From an uncultured Gemmatimonadales bacterium (GTDB lineage: Bacteria; Gemmatimonadota; Gemmatimonadetes; Gemmatimonadales; Gemmatimonadaceae): a stretch of 64,000 bases of DNA. This document shows, piece by piece, positions 31,646 to 43,765 of the stretch. A model generated the notes under the pieces. That model was not told where the DNA came from, made no database searches, and saw only the letters and a list, made by a program, of their open reading frames with translations. Numbering within the stretch: position 1 is the first letter of the stretch; each line of letters starts with the position of its first letter. A program made the position numbers and the translations under genes. Where the stretch lies: the NCBI GenBank assembly GCA_963851265.1, contig CAWKNZ010000002.1, positions 704,001 through 768,000 of the forward strand, read 5' to 3'.

Positions 31646-32628
31646 GCCGCGTCTCCGGCGTGTGGTCCGAATCGCGGGTCGAGCCACGCCTGCAGCAATT
31701 CGGCGAGCAGGCCGCCCGCGGCCACCGCCGCACTCCCCACCACCACCGCGCCGGTCACCAGCGCGTAGTCGCGCGTGCCGACGGCCTGCGTCGCGAGGAG
31801 GCCCATGCCGGGCCACGCGAACACGCTCTCGGTGACGACCGCGCCGCCGACGAGGGCGGGGAGCGCGAGGCCGAGCAGGGCGACCGTGGGTGCGAGTGCG
31901 GCGCGGAGCGTGTGGCGGACGAGGATGCGCGGCTCGGCCATCCCCTTCGCGCGCGCGGTCCGGACGAAATCGCCGCGCGCCGCGTCGCCGACGGCAGCCC
32001 GCTGGTGCCGCACCACGATCGCCGTCCACCCGAGCGCGAGCGCGGTGGCGGGGAGCACGAGGTGGCGAACGCGGTCGGCGACGCGCTCGGGCGCGGTGAA
32101 CAGCGCGTCGGCGAGCGGATCGGCGTATCCCCCCGATGGCAGCCACGCGAGCCGAAGCGCGACCACGGCGACGAGCGCGAGCCCGATCACGAACTCGGGT
32201 GCGGCGTGCAGCACGACCGTGGCGCCGACGAGGGCGCGGGCGAGCGGGTGTCGTGGGCGCCACCCGGCGAACGCGCCGGTCGCGACGCCGGCGACGAAGG
32301 CGAGTGCGAGCGCGGTGCCGACGAGGAGCGCGGTGCGGGGGAGGGCGTCGGCGAGGACGGCGGCGACCGGGCGCTGCTGCGAGACCGACCAGCCGAGGTC
32401 ACCGTGCAGGGCGGCGCCGATCCAGCGCGCGTACTGTTCGGGTACCGGGCGGTCGAACCCGAAGCGCGCGCGGAGCGCGGCCCGCGTGGCCTCGCTGATC
32501 GTCGGCTGGTCGAGCATCGCCGCGACCGGGTCGCCGGGCGCGAGGTGCAGGAGCAGGAAGCTCGCGGTGGCGGCGACCAGCACGGTGACGGCCGCGTGCA
32601 GCAGGCGGCGGAGCGCGAGGCCTAACAC
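31642..32628 (-). CDS. Peptide ABC transporter permease (OppB/DppB-like)
   Basis: APGDP, GDLGWS, TARAKG, ESVFAWPGMG; start approximate (GTG 32628). Confidence 0.9.
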   Translation of the reverse strand: MLGLALRRLLHAAVTVLVAATASFLLLHLAPGDPVAAMLDQPTISEATRAALRARFGFDRPVPEQYARWIGAALHGDLGWSVSQQRPVAAVLADALPRTALLVGTALALAFVAGVATGAFAGWRPRHPLARALVGATVVLHAAPEFVIGLALVAVVALRLAWLPSGGYADPLADALFTAPERVADRVRHLVLPATALALGWTAIVVRHQRAAVGDAARGDFVRTARAKGMAEPRILVRHTLRAALAPTVALLGLALPALVGGAVVTESVFAWPGMGLLATQAVGTRDYALVTGAVVVGSAAVAAGGLLAELLQAWLDPRFGPHAGDAA

Positions 32629-32675
32629 GAATCGGTGCGGACGGCCGGTGGGCGGGGGTGGCGGCGCCGGCGCGG

Positions 32676-34388
32676 TCAGCGCAGGCCGACGCGGTCGCGG
32701 CTGATGCGCTCGCGGGCCGGAATGGACCAGTCGGCGAGTCGCGTCCACCATCCGTCCGCGCGCAGCCCCACGACGCGCACGCGGCGGTGGACGCCGGCGA
32801 CGAGTCGGGGCTCGAACAGCCAGACGGCCGGCGCATCGTCGACGATCGTCTGGTACGCCCGCAACCAGTGTGGGCGCGCCCTGGCCGGGTCGCTCGTGAA
32901 CAGGGCGCTGTCGACCTGCGCGTCGAAGGCGGGGCTCACGTAGCTGCCGAAATTGGAACCCGCGGCGGAACGCGCGCCCGCGGTCCCCCACGTCTGTCGG
33001 ATGCTCACGGGGCTCGGGTCGGTGTGCCAGCCGCCGACAACCGCGTCGAAGGTGCGGGCGCGTTCGCGGTCGCCGAACGCGGCCAGGTCGAGCGGCTGGA
33101 TCGTGACGCGTGCGCCGACGTTCCGCAGTTGCTCCTGCAGGAGCACCGCGAGTCGCTGGCGCACGGCGCTCGAGGTGGGCACGAGGATGGTGAAGGCGAG
33201 CGGAACGCCACCCTTGGCGCGGATTCCGTCTGCGCCCGGCACCCAGCCGAGCGTGTCGAGCAGGGCGCGCGCTGCACCGACATCGTACGGCAGCTGCTTG
33301 AGGCGACGCCACTCGGGGAAGAGCGCTCGCGGCACCGGGCCGACCGCGACGTCGGCGAGCGAGTCGAACGCGTTGCGTACGATGCGCTCGCGGTCGACGG
33401 CCATGGTCAGCGCGCGGCGCAGGTCGCGGTCGGCGAACAGCGGGTGTGGACGCGCCGAGCCGTCGGCCGCGCGCAGGTTGAACTGCAAGAACCCATAATC
33501 GAGCGATGGGTAGGGCACGAGCCGCACCGTGCGCAGCCGCGCCGTCTGTCCGAACGACTCGGGGCGCAGATTCTCGAAGAAGTCGGCGTCACCGGCCAGG
33601 AGCTGGATCGTGGCGCTGCCGAAGTCGGGCGCGACGTTCCAGACGACGCGATCGAGCTTGGGGCGGCCGCGATAGTTGCCCGGATCGGCGGCGAGTTCGA
33701 GCCGCTGGTTGGGCGTCCATGCCCCGAAGCGAAAGCGGCCGCTCCCGACCGGGTGCCGCGCGAACTCCGATTGTGCCAGCCGATCGCGGGGCGCGCGCGC
33801 GAGCAGATGCTCCGGGAGCACGTACAGGTTGTACGTGACATCGTAGAACTGCGTCGGGAGGCGCCGCTTGTACCAGAACGTCGCGGTGAGCGAGTCATTC
33901 GCCGTGACCGAGTCGACGTTCGAGAGGAGTGGCGCGAGCGGACTGGCCGTGGCGGGATCGGTGTAGAGCCCGAAGCTGAACACGACGTCGCGCGCGCGCA
34001 CCGGCTGTCCGTCGTGCCAGCGTGCGCCGGGCGCGAGATGGAAACTGACCGAGAGCGAGTCCTTCGCCCAGGTCCAGCGATCGCTCAGGCGCGGGCGGAA
34101 GCCGCGGTCGCCGACCGTGTTGAGGGAGTCGCCCAAGTCGGCGAGGCGGTCGTAGACCTGATCGATGGGCGCGCTCGCCTGCGTCGTGGCGGCGAGCGGG
34201 GGGAGAAGCACGCCGGGGTCCGCGGCCGTCGCGACGATGACGGTGCCGCCCACGTCGTCGGTGGCCGGGACCGGGGTGGCCACGTCGCCGCGACACGCGA
34301 CCGCGCCGAGGACGGCGAGTGCCGCGACGCGCGCGCCGGCGCGGCGCCGCACGGCGTGGGAGGGAACGCGGCAGGAACGAACGGGCAT
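32676..34388 (-). CDS. Peptide ABC transporter substrate-binding lipoprotein (SBP family 5)
   Basis: Lipobox AVAC; WHDGQPVRARDVVFS, PVGSGRF, LRRALTMAVDR. Confidence 0.9.
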   Translation of the reverse strand: MPVRSCRVPSHAVRRRAGARVAALAVLGAVACRGDVATPVPATDDVGGTVIVATAADPGVLLPPLAATTQASAPIDQVYDRLADLGDSLNTVGDRGFRPRLSDRWTWAKDSLSVSFHLAPGARWHDGQPVRARDVVFSFGLYTDPATASPLAPLLSNVDSVTANDSLTATFWYKRRLPTQFYDVTYNLYVLPEHLLARAPRDRLAQSEFARHPVGSGRFRFGAWTPNQRLELAADPGNYRGRPKLDRVVWNVAPDFGSATIQLLAGDADFFENLRPESFGQTARLRTVRLVPYPSLDYGFLQFNLRAADGSARPHPLFADRDLRRALTMAVDRERIVRNAFDSLADVAVGPVPRALFPEWRRLKQLPYDVGAARALLDTLGWVPGADGIRAKGGVPLAFTILVPTSSAVRQRLAVLLQEQLRNVGARVTIQPLDLAAFGDRERARTFDAVVGGWHTDPSPVSIRQTWGTAGARSAAGSNFGSYVSPAFDAQVDSALFTSDPARARPHWLRAYQTIVDDAPAVWLFEPRLVAGVHRRVRVVGLRADGWWTRLADWSIPARERISRDRVGLR

Positions 34389-34438
34389 CTACGCGAGAAC
34401 GAGGAGAACGCGCGGGCGTCGCGGCCGGACGGGCGCGT

Positions 34439-35272
34439 TCAACGACGCCATGTCCAGACCGGATCGCGGTAACGAGGCAGCAACCGTGCGACCTCGTCAC
34501 GGAGCGTCGGGTCATCAAGGGGTAGCCAGCCTGACCCGCGAGACGAGGCGTTCGCGCCGTCGCCCGCACCGATCGCGGCGGCGAAGCGTTCGGCCGCCCC
34601 GAACAGCGCCTCGGCGATCTCGTCCGCAGCCGGTGCGCGACCGAGGACCGCGCGGAGCGTAGCCGGCGGCGCGTAGATCGGCAGCGGCGCCAGCGCACAA
34701 CAGCCGATCAGCGATTGGTCGTTCTCGATGAGGATGGATCCGTGCTGCAGTAACGCGCCGCCGTTACGCCACTGAGCCGACCCGACGAGCTTGCGCGCGG
34801 TCTCGTCGACGGATGCGACGAGTTCGCCGGCTGCGGGCGCCTCGAAGCACGGCGCGCCGTCGGGGCGGCGCGCGCGCCCCGCGGCCGCGGCGGCCGCGAC
34901 CGGAGCGCCGAGCGATTCGAGCGCGTCGGCGAGCATCGCGGTGATGCGGCCGTAGGCGGCGCTGAGGGGCGCGCCGGCGGGGGCGAGCGCGTCGGTGGGC
35001 GCGACGACGCTGTAGGTCAGTTCGCGCGCGTGGAGCACGGCGCGGCCGCCGGTCGGGCGGCGGACGACGTCGATGCCGTGCGCTGCGGCGCGGTCGGGAT
35101 CGTATATCCCGCGCGCCGTCTGGTTGCGGCCGAGCGAGAGGGTCGGGCGGCTCCAGGTGTAGGAGCGCACGACCACGTCGCCGGTGCGGCGCGCGTGGTC
35201 GAGCAGCGCCTCGTCGAACGCCATGTTCGTCGCACCGTCGAGCGGTGGGGTACGAAAGAGGTGCATGCGCAT
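34439..35272 (-). CDS. Lipoate-protein ligase A / LipM-like octanoyltransferase family protein
   Basis: NMAFDEALL, VVRRPTGGRAVLH, PCF, KLVGSAQ, LLQHGSI; catalytic domain only. Confidence 0.88.
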   Translation of the reverse strand: MRMHLFRTPPLDGATNMAFDEALLDHARRTGDVVVRSYTWSRPTLSLGRNQTARGIYDPDRAAAHGIDVVRRPTGGRAVLHARELTYSVVAPTDALAPAGAPLSAAYGRITAMLADALESLGAPVAAAAAAGRARRPDGAPCFEAPAAGELVASVDETARKLVGSAQWRNGGALLQHGSILIENDQSLIGCCALAPLPIYAPPATLRAVLGRAPAADEIAEALFGAAERFAAAIGAGDGANASSRGSGWLPLDDPTLRDEVARLLPRYRDPVWTWRR

Positions 35273-35330
35273 CGGCGCGTAAGCTATGTACGCGGGATCT
35301 CCGCACGATGTGCTGCACGATGCGCTCGTC

Positions 35331-35380
35331 GCGCGTGCGCCGGGCGCGCGTGCGCCGGGCGCGCGTGTGCCGGGCGCGCG
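35331..35380. repeat. 15-bp tandem repeat x3 in the divergent intergenic region before gcvP
   Basis: GCGCGTGCGCCGGGC twice, then GCGCGTGTGCCGGGC and a partial GCGCG. Confidence 0.8.
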
Positions 35381-35417
35381 CCGCGAACCATACCGGCCAC
35401 CGATAGCTTTACTCCCC

Positions 35418-38342
<2,925 letters not shown>

Positions 38343-38368
38343 TCGGACGCGGGCGGCGCGGGTGGCGT

Positions 38369-38394
38369 GGGGCGGGGCCTAACGGTCCCGCCCC
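38369..38394. terminator. Stem-loop between convergent gcvP and gcvH
   Basis: GGGGCGGGGCC-TAAC-GGTCCCGCCCC. Confidence 0.55.
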
Positions 38395-38475
38395 CCGTCA
38401 CTCCGGCGCGAGCGCGGAGTCGAGCCGCGGCCTCACGCCGTCCTGAGGCGGCCCGCTACGGCGGCGTCGCCGCGA

Positions 38476-38862
38476 TTACCCGACGAGCTCCCCGTACGCC
38501 GCCGCGTCCATGAGCCCCGAACGGTCCGCGTCGCCCGCCACGCGCAGCTTCACCATCCACCCGTCGCCGTACGGGTCGCTGTTCACGAGCGCGGGCTCCG
38601 CGTCGAGGCGCGGGTTGACCTCGACGACCTCGCCGGCGACGGGCATGTACAGTTCGCTGACCGCCTTCACGGCCTCGATCGTTCCGAACGTGTCGTGCGA
38701 GCCGAAGCTCGCCCCCGGCTTCGGCAGGTCGAGGTAGACGATGTCGCCGAGTTCGCCCTGCGCGTAGTCCGTGATGCCGATGACGACGACCGCGGGGTCG
38801 TCGGTTGGCTTCACGTACTCGTGTTCCTTGGTGTACTGCAGACCTTCGGGGACGTTGGCCAC
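38476..38862 (-). CDS. gcvH: Glycine cleavage system H protein
   Basis: YTKEHEYV, GITDYAQGELGDIV, IEAVKAVSE (lipoyl Lys), NSDPYGDGW. Confidence 0.96.
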   Translation of the reverse strand: MANVPEGLQYTKEHEYVKPTDDPAVVVIGITDYAQGELGDIVYLDLPKPGASFGSHDTFGTIEAVKAVSELYMPVAGEVVEVNPRLDAEPALVNSDPYGDGWMVKLRVAGDADRSGLMDAAAYGELVG

Positions 38863-38919
38863 GGCGTGCTCCAGGGTGTGCGCGTGCGGTTCGGCGCGAG
38901 GGCGTGAACGCGCGCCAGT

Positions 38920-39528
38920 CTAGGCCGCGGTGGCACGCGCTTCAAGCGCCCGCCAGACTTCGTCGACGGCCGCCGCGAGCGCGACCCGGTCGCCCGCGTT
39001 CTCGATCACATAATCCGAGCGCGCGCGTTTCAGCTCCGCCGGCATCTGCGCCGCGATCATCGCCATCGCCTCGTCGGCGAGCAGACCGCGGTCGCGCACG
39101 AGGCGCTCGAGGCGCAGCTCACGCGGTGCGTCGACGAGCACCACGACGTCGACCTCGTCGGCGAGGTCGCGTTCGAACAGGAGCGGGACGTCGTAGACGA
39201 CGAGCTGGTCGCCGCGCGCGCGGGCGGCGGCGACCGCGTCGTTGCGCAGGCGGGCGACCTCCGGGTGCACGATCGCGTTGAGCGCATCGAGCTCGCCCGA
39301 CGTTTCGAACACGCGCGCGCGGAGCCCCGCGCGATCGAGCGTGCCGTCAGCCGCGAGCACGTCGCCGCCCCACCGCGCCGCGATCGCGGCGAGCGCAGGC
39401 GATCCGGGGCGTACGGCGTCGCGCGCGAGCGCATCGGCGTCGATGAGCGTGGCGCCGCGCGCGGTGAGGAGGCGCGCGACGGTGGACTTCCCAGCCGCGA
39501 TGTTGCCCGTGAGGCCGACGAGGAGCAT
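38920..39528 (-). CDS. coaE: Dephospho-CoA kinase
   Basis: ATG 39528; VGLTGNIAAGKST, IDAD, IVHPEV, DVPLLFE. Confidence 0.95.
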   Translation of the reverse strand: MLLVGLTGNIAAGKSTVARLLTARGATLIDADALARDAVRPGSPALAAIAARWGGDVLAADGTLDRAGLRARVFETSGELDALNAIVHPEVARLRNDAVAAARARGDQLVVYDVPLLFERDLADEVDVVVLVDAPRELRLERLVRDRGLLADEAMAMIAAQMPAELKRARSDYVIENAGDRVALAAAVDEVWRALEARATAA

Positions 39529-39641
39529 GCGCGAAGGTACGGACGCCTCGCACGCGCGACAATACGCGCGCGCGCTACGACCGCTTTGTACCGGCAGCCG
39601 TCGCCCGCTGCGGCTGGGGCGGTCCCGCAGCCGCGTCGTGA

Positions 39642-40253
39642 TCAGAGCAGCGACGTCTGCGCGTCGTCGCGGCGCGGCACCTCGTGGCACGCGCGGCAGC
39701 GCGCTTCGTAGCTGTCGGCCGCGCCGACCATGATCGTCGGCGAATCGTAAGGCGCGGGGCGGCCCGCGATCAGGCGCTGGTTGCGGCTTGCGGGGGCGCC
39801 GCAGAGCACGCAGATCGCGTGCAGCTTGTCGACCAGTTCGGCCACCGCCATGAGCTGCGGCATCGCGCCGAACGGCTCGCCGCGGAAGTCGGTGTCGGTG
39901 CCGGCGAGGATCACGCGCCGGCCGCGCGCCGCGAGCTCGGTCGCGACGTCGACGATCGCGGCGTCGAGGAACTGCGCCTCGTCCACGGCGACGACGTGGG
40001 CGCCGGGGTCGAGCCGGAGCATGAGCTGGCGCGCCGAATCGATCGGCACCGCTTCCACGGTACGCTGGTCGTGACTCGACACCGCGAACACGCCGGCGTA
40101 GCGGGCGTCCAGGTGCGACTTGAAGACCTGGACGCGGCGGCGCGCGATGAGCGACCGGCGCACGCGCCGGATCAACTCCTCACTCTTGCCGCTGAACATC
40201 ACGCCGGCGATGACCTCGATCCACCCGCCGGCGGTCTGGAACCCGTCTGGCAC
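39642..40253 (-). CDS. tdk: Thymidine kinase
   Basis: GVMFSGKSEEL, VDEAQF, DFRGEPF, CVLC and CRAC zinc motifs. Confidence 0.95.
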   Translation of the reverse strand: MPDGFQTAGGWIEVIAGVMFSGKSEELIRRVRRSLIARRRVQVFKSHLDARYAGVFAVSSHDQRTVEAVPIDSARQLMLRLDPGAHVVAVDEAQFLDAAIVDVATELAARGRRVILAGTDTDFRGEPFGAMPQLMAVAELVDKLHAICVLCGAPASRNQRLIAGRPAPYDSPTIMVGAADSYEARCRACHEVPRRDDAQTSLL

Positions 40254-40265
40254 GCGCGCCCGCGC

Positions 40266-42248
40266 TCAGCTCTCGGTGATCTCGTCCGCGTCGTGGCCCG
40301 CGCGGCCGCGCGGCGCGGCGTCGCGCGCCTCGTCGCGCGCCTCGGTGCTCCCGCCGGCGTTAGGCCGTGCGCGGCGCAGGCGCTCGGCCCGCTCCGCCCA
40401 CTCGCCGCGCTGCTCGGCCCGCTCGCCGACGCCGCGGTCGTCGGGCGCCCCGAAGCCGCGCGGGCCGTCGCGACGCGCGTCGAACCCACGGCCACCGCCG
40501 GCATAGCCTCCGCCCCCGAAGCCGCCCCCGAACCCGCCGGCGCGCTCCGGCCGATCGCCACGCGGCGGGCGGTCGCCGCGGTCGCCGCGGTCGGGCCGTT
40601 CGGCGCGGTCACCCGGGCGGGGCGAACGCGGCCCACGGGCGTCGCCGCGCGGATCGCCGCGCCCCTCTCCCCGACCGCCCCCCGGACCGCCGCGCGCGCC
40701 GCCGGCCGGCGCCTCGCGCTCGGGGCGGACCGCGACGCGACGGCCGCGGATCATCGTCCCGTTGAGCTTCGCGATCACGCGCTCCGCCGTCGCGGCGTCG
40801 ACCTCGACCAGCGAGAAGCTGTCGCGCAGTTCGATGCGCCCGATCTTGTCGCTCGTGATCCCGGCCTCGCCGGCGATCGCGCCGACGAGGTCACCGGCGC
40901 GGACCTCGTCGCGCGTGCCGACCGTGAAGAACAGTCGCACGCTCCCCTTGGGTGGCGGAGCGGCCGGCGCGACGCCGGGTGCGCCGGCCGCGGCCGGCAT
41001 GGCCACCGTCGCGCGGCGCGCGCGTTCGCGCTCGAGGATCCGCACCGCCGCCGCGGCGAGGTCCGCCGCGTCGAAGTCGGCGAGGAGGGGCTCGAGTGCG
41101 ATCACCTCGCGAGGTGGTAAGCCGCGCTCGAGTTCCGCGCGCAGCTCGCTGCGGAGCGCCTCGTCGCGCGCCCGCGCCCGACGCGCGGCATCGCCGAGCG
41201 CGAGTGCGCGGACCGCCCCACCGGCGAGCGCCCGGAGCGCTTCGAGCTGCCGCGGCTGCACGAGCGCGACCGTCTGGCCGGGTTGCGCGGCGAGCACGCG
41301 GTCGAGCGCCTCGCGCGTGACGGGCAGATCGTACAGCACGGCGAGCGCGACGTGCGCTGGCGGCGCGGCGTCGCGTACGAGCGTGACGGCGCCGGCCGCC
41401 GCGGCCACCGGCGCGGCGCCGAGCGCGGCGGGGTCGTCCGACGCGGCGTCGTCCGCGCCGTGCCCGGCCGCCGGTTCGGCCGGCATGCTCGGATAGCCGA
41501 GCGCGGCGCGCGCGTGCTGAACCTCGCGCGCGGACGCGTCGTTGGCGACCACGATGGCCGCGGTCACCGGATCGAGTTCGTCGAGCACTCGGCGCAGCGC
41601 GGCGGGGCGTGCCGCGGCCGACGTGAGGACGTACGCGATTGGCGCCGACACCGGCATCCCGGCGCCCGCGCCCTCGACGCGACGCGCGCGCCAGAGCACG
41701 CGTCCGGCGAGCGCCTCGACCGCGTCGGTCGCGTGCGCCGCGACGAGGATGCGTGCGGCCTCGCGCGGCACCTCGGCGATCACCGCTTCGAGGTCGGCGG
41801 CGTCTGGGGCGGCCAGGATCTCGTCCGCCCACGCCAGCGCCAGCGTACGCACGCCGTCGAGCTTGAGCGTGGCGCCGCGCACGAGGGCGGCGAGGGCGGC
41901 CGGCGTGCCCGCCACGGCTGCGGGCATGCTGCCGGCGGCCTGGCGCGCCGCGAGCTGGCGCGCGGCGCGCTCGGGGCGCCCCACCGGCAGCACGAGCGGC
42001 GTTCCGGCCGCTTCTCCACCGCGTCGGGCGAGGGCGACCTCGGCGATCGCGAGCGCCGTCTCGGCGTCGGGCGTGACGACGAGCAACTGCGGGCCGGCAG
42101 CCTGCGGGTCGAGGCGGTCGAGCGACGCGCCGAGAAACGTCGGAATCGTTCCCCAGTCGTGCGGGAGCGTGTAGACGAGGTGCTGGGCGCGCGTGCCGCC
42201 CGGCGCGCCCTGCTCGGTTTCGGTGTCGGTCGTATCGGTCATGGTCAT
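40266..42248 (-). CDS. Degenerate DEAD-box-helicase-like protein with DbpA RNA-binding domain and RG-rich tail
   Basis: Remnants of motif Ia (PQLLVVTP) and Ib (AGTP); AWADEIL in place of DEADEML; DbpA domain RLFFTVG...GDLVGAIAGEAGI...IGRIEL...FSLVEV. Confidence 0.8.
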   Translation of the reverse strand: MTMTDTTDTETEQGAPGGTRAQHLVYTLPHDWGTIPTFLGASLDRLDPQAAGPQLLVVTPDAETALAIAEVALARRGGEAAGTPLVLPVGRPERAARQLAARQAAGSMPAAVAGTPAALAALVRGATLKLDGVRTLALAWADEILAAPDAADLEAVIAEVPREAARILVAAHATDAVEALAGRVLWRARRVEGAGAGMPVSAPIAYVLTSAAARPAALRRVLDELDPVTAAIVVANDASAREVQHARAALGYPSMPAEPAAGHGADDAASDDPAALGAAPVAAAAGAVTLVRDAAPPAHVALAVLYDLPVTREALDRVLAAQPGQTVALVQPRQLEALRALAGGAVRALALGDAARRARARDEALRSELRAELERGLPPREVIALEPLLADFDAADLAAAAVRILERERARRATVAMPAAAGAPGVAPAAPPPKGSVRLFFTVGTRDEVRAGDLVGAIAGEAGITSDKIGRIELRDSFSLVEVDAATAERVIAKLNGTMIRGRRVAVRPEREAPAGGARGGPGGGRGEGRGDPRGDARGPRSPRPGDRAERPDRGDRGDRPPRGDRPERAGGFGGGFGGGGYAGGGRGFDARRDGPRGFGAPDDRGVGERAEQRGEWAERAERLRRARPNAGGSTEARDEARDAAPRGRAGHDADEITES

Positions 42249-42424
42249 TCCCGTGATTCTCGCGGCTGCGCCCAGGCCGGCGCGCTCGCCGGACCACCCG
42301 CCGTCTGCTCGTTTGTCAACACGTCGTTTGCCGACACGCGACGCGCCGTGGACCCCGCACGCGGGTTTCGGCGCGCCGCACGCCGAACGCTGCGGGGCGG
42401 AAACATAGCGCTATCTTCTGCGAC

Positions 42425-42703
42425 ATGATCACGACGATCGTGCTCGTCAAGGCCGACCCGAAATCCATCGTCGCCGCCGCGACCCGCATCGCGGGCTTCG
42501 AGGGCGTGGGCGAGGTGTACTCGGTGTCGGGCGAGTGGGACCTCGTCGCCGTCGTGCGGGTGGCGGAGTACGAGCAGATCGCCGACGTGGTGACGCACCA
42601 GATCGCCGGCGTGCCCGGGGTCGAGCGGACCCAGACGCTCACCGCGTTCCGCACGTACTCCAAGGCCGACCTGGAGCAGGCGTGGGACATCGGCGTCGAG
42701 TAG
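42425..42703 (+). CDS. Stand-alone Lrp/AsnC ligand-binding (RAM) domain protein
   Basis: EVYSVSGEWDLVAVVRV...GVERTQT; no HTH. Confidence 0.85.
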   Translation: MITTIVLVKADPKSIVAAATRIAGFEGVGEVYSVSGEWDLVAVVRVAEYEQIADVVTHQIAGVPGVERTQTLTAFRTYSKADLEQAWDIGVE

Positions 42704-42754
42704 CCGCGCACCGCGCGCCGCGTCGGGCGGCGCGTTCCGCCGGCGCCTAACGTC

Positions 42755-43765
42755 GTGCAGCCGAGCGTCCACGACGTCCGCCGGAGGCTGGGCGCGCTGC
42801 TCCCGTCCGCCGCGCTCGTCGGCGCGGACGACGGCCCCGGCCTCGAGCGCACCTCGGGCCCCCCGGTGGACCCGCCGCGCGTGCGAGCGGCCGCGCCCGT
42901 CGAGGGGCATGCGGTGCGCGCGCGGCGCGTGCCGGCCGCGGTCGCGCCGGAGCAGGGGTTCTCGGCGTTCCTCGACGGCACGCAGCACTCGCGCGTGATC
43001 GGCTACGTGGACGGGCTGCCGGTGGTGCACGGCACGGTCGCGGCGGTGGTGCGCGTGCGGCGCAACCGCCGCCTCACGACGTGGGGGCGGGGCCCGGTGG
43101 TCGAGCGCCGCGTCTACGCCCCGCTCGCGTGCTTCGCCGCGTCGGCCCGCGCGGCGCTCGACGCGCTCGCGGCCGAGCTCGGGCTCGACCTCGTCGACAC
43201 GGCCGAGCCCCGGCCGGGCGAGGACGTGATCTCGGCCCACCCGTTCGCGGTGAGCGACCGCGCGCTCGGCATGGTGAAGGAAGACCGCGAGCGCGCGGAG
43301 AAGGCGCTCGCGGAGCGCTGGTGCCGGCAGGAGCACGAGCCGCTGTTCGTCGACGGCGGGATTCAGGAGAGCGAACTCGTGGCGCGCGCCGGGTGCGTGG
43401 CCGGCGTGGTGAAGAGCCACCGCACGCTCTACGTCGACGCCGACGCGCTACGCACGGTGCTCGGGCTGCGGCAGGGGGAGCGGTCGACGGCGTTCCTCGT
43501 CGGCGGCGGGCGCCGCGCGACGGTGGCCAGCTGGTACCTGCGGCTGCGCGACCCGGCGGGGCACGACCCGATGTGGGGCCTCGTGCGCGTCGAGGCCGCC
43601 GCGCCCGACCCGGCCGAGGCGCCCGACGCGTTCACGGCGCGGCTCGACCGGCTGTCGCGGTGGATCGCGGCGGAGGCGGCGCCGCTCTCGCTACCCGACG
43701 CGCGGTGGGACAAGCTGGCGTACGGGGTACACGACTGCGAGCAGTTCCTGCGCGCAGTGTGTTAG
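42755..43765 (+). CDS. NurA-like (RNase H fold) nuclease
   Basis: FLDGTQ, LFVDGG, GVVKSHRTLY, ERS..F, WYLRLR, C-terminal E.FLR; pattern recalled from bacterial NurA-like proteins. Confidence 0.6.
   Translation: MQPSVHDVRRRLGALLPSAALVGADDGPGLERTSGPPVDPPRVRAAAPVEGHAVRARRVPAAVAPEQGFSAFLDGTQHSRVIGYVDGLPVVHGTVAAVVRVRRNRRLTTWGRGPVVERRVYAPLACFAASARAALDALAAELGLDLVDTAEPRPGEDVISAHPFAVSDRALGMVKEDRERAEKALAERWCRQEHEPLFVDGGIQESELVARAGCVAGVVKSHRTLYVDADALRTVLGLRQGERSTAFLVGGGRRATVASWYLRLRDPAGHDPMWGLVRVEAAAPDPAEAPDAFTARLDRLSRWIAAEAAPLSLPDARWDKLAYGVHDCEQFLRAVC

Noticed and set aside
35273..35417. Glycine riboswitch upstream of gcvP
   Set aside because: No recognisable aptamer consensus; the region is short and occupied by simple repeats.
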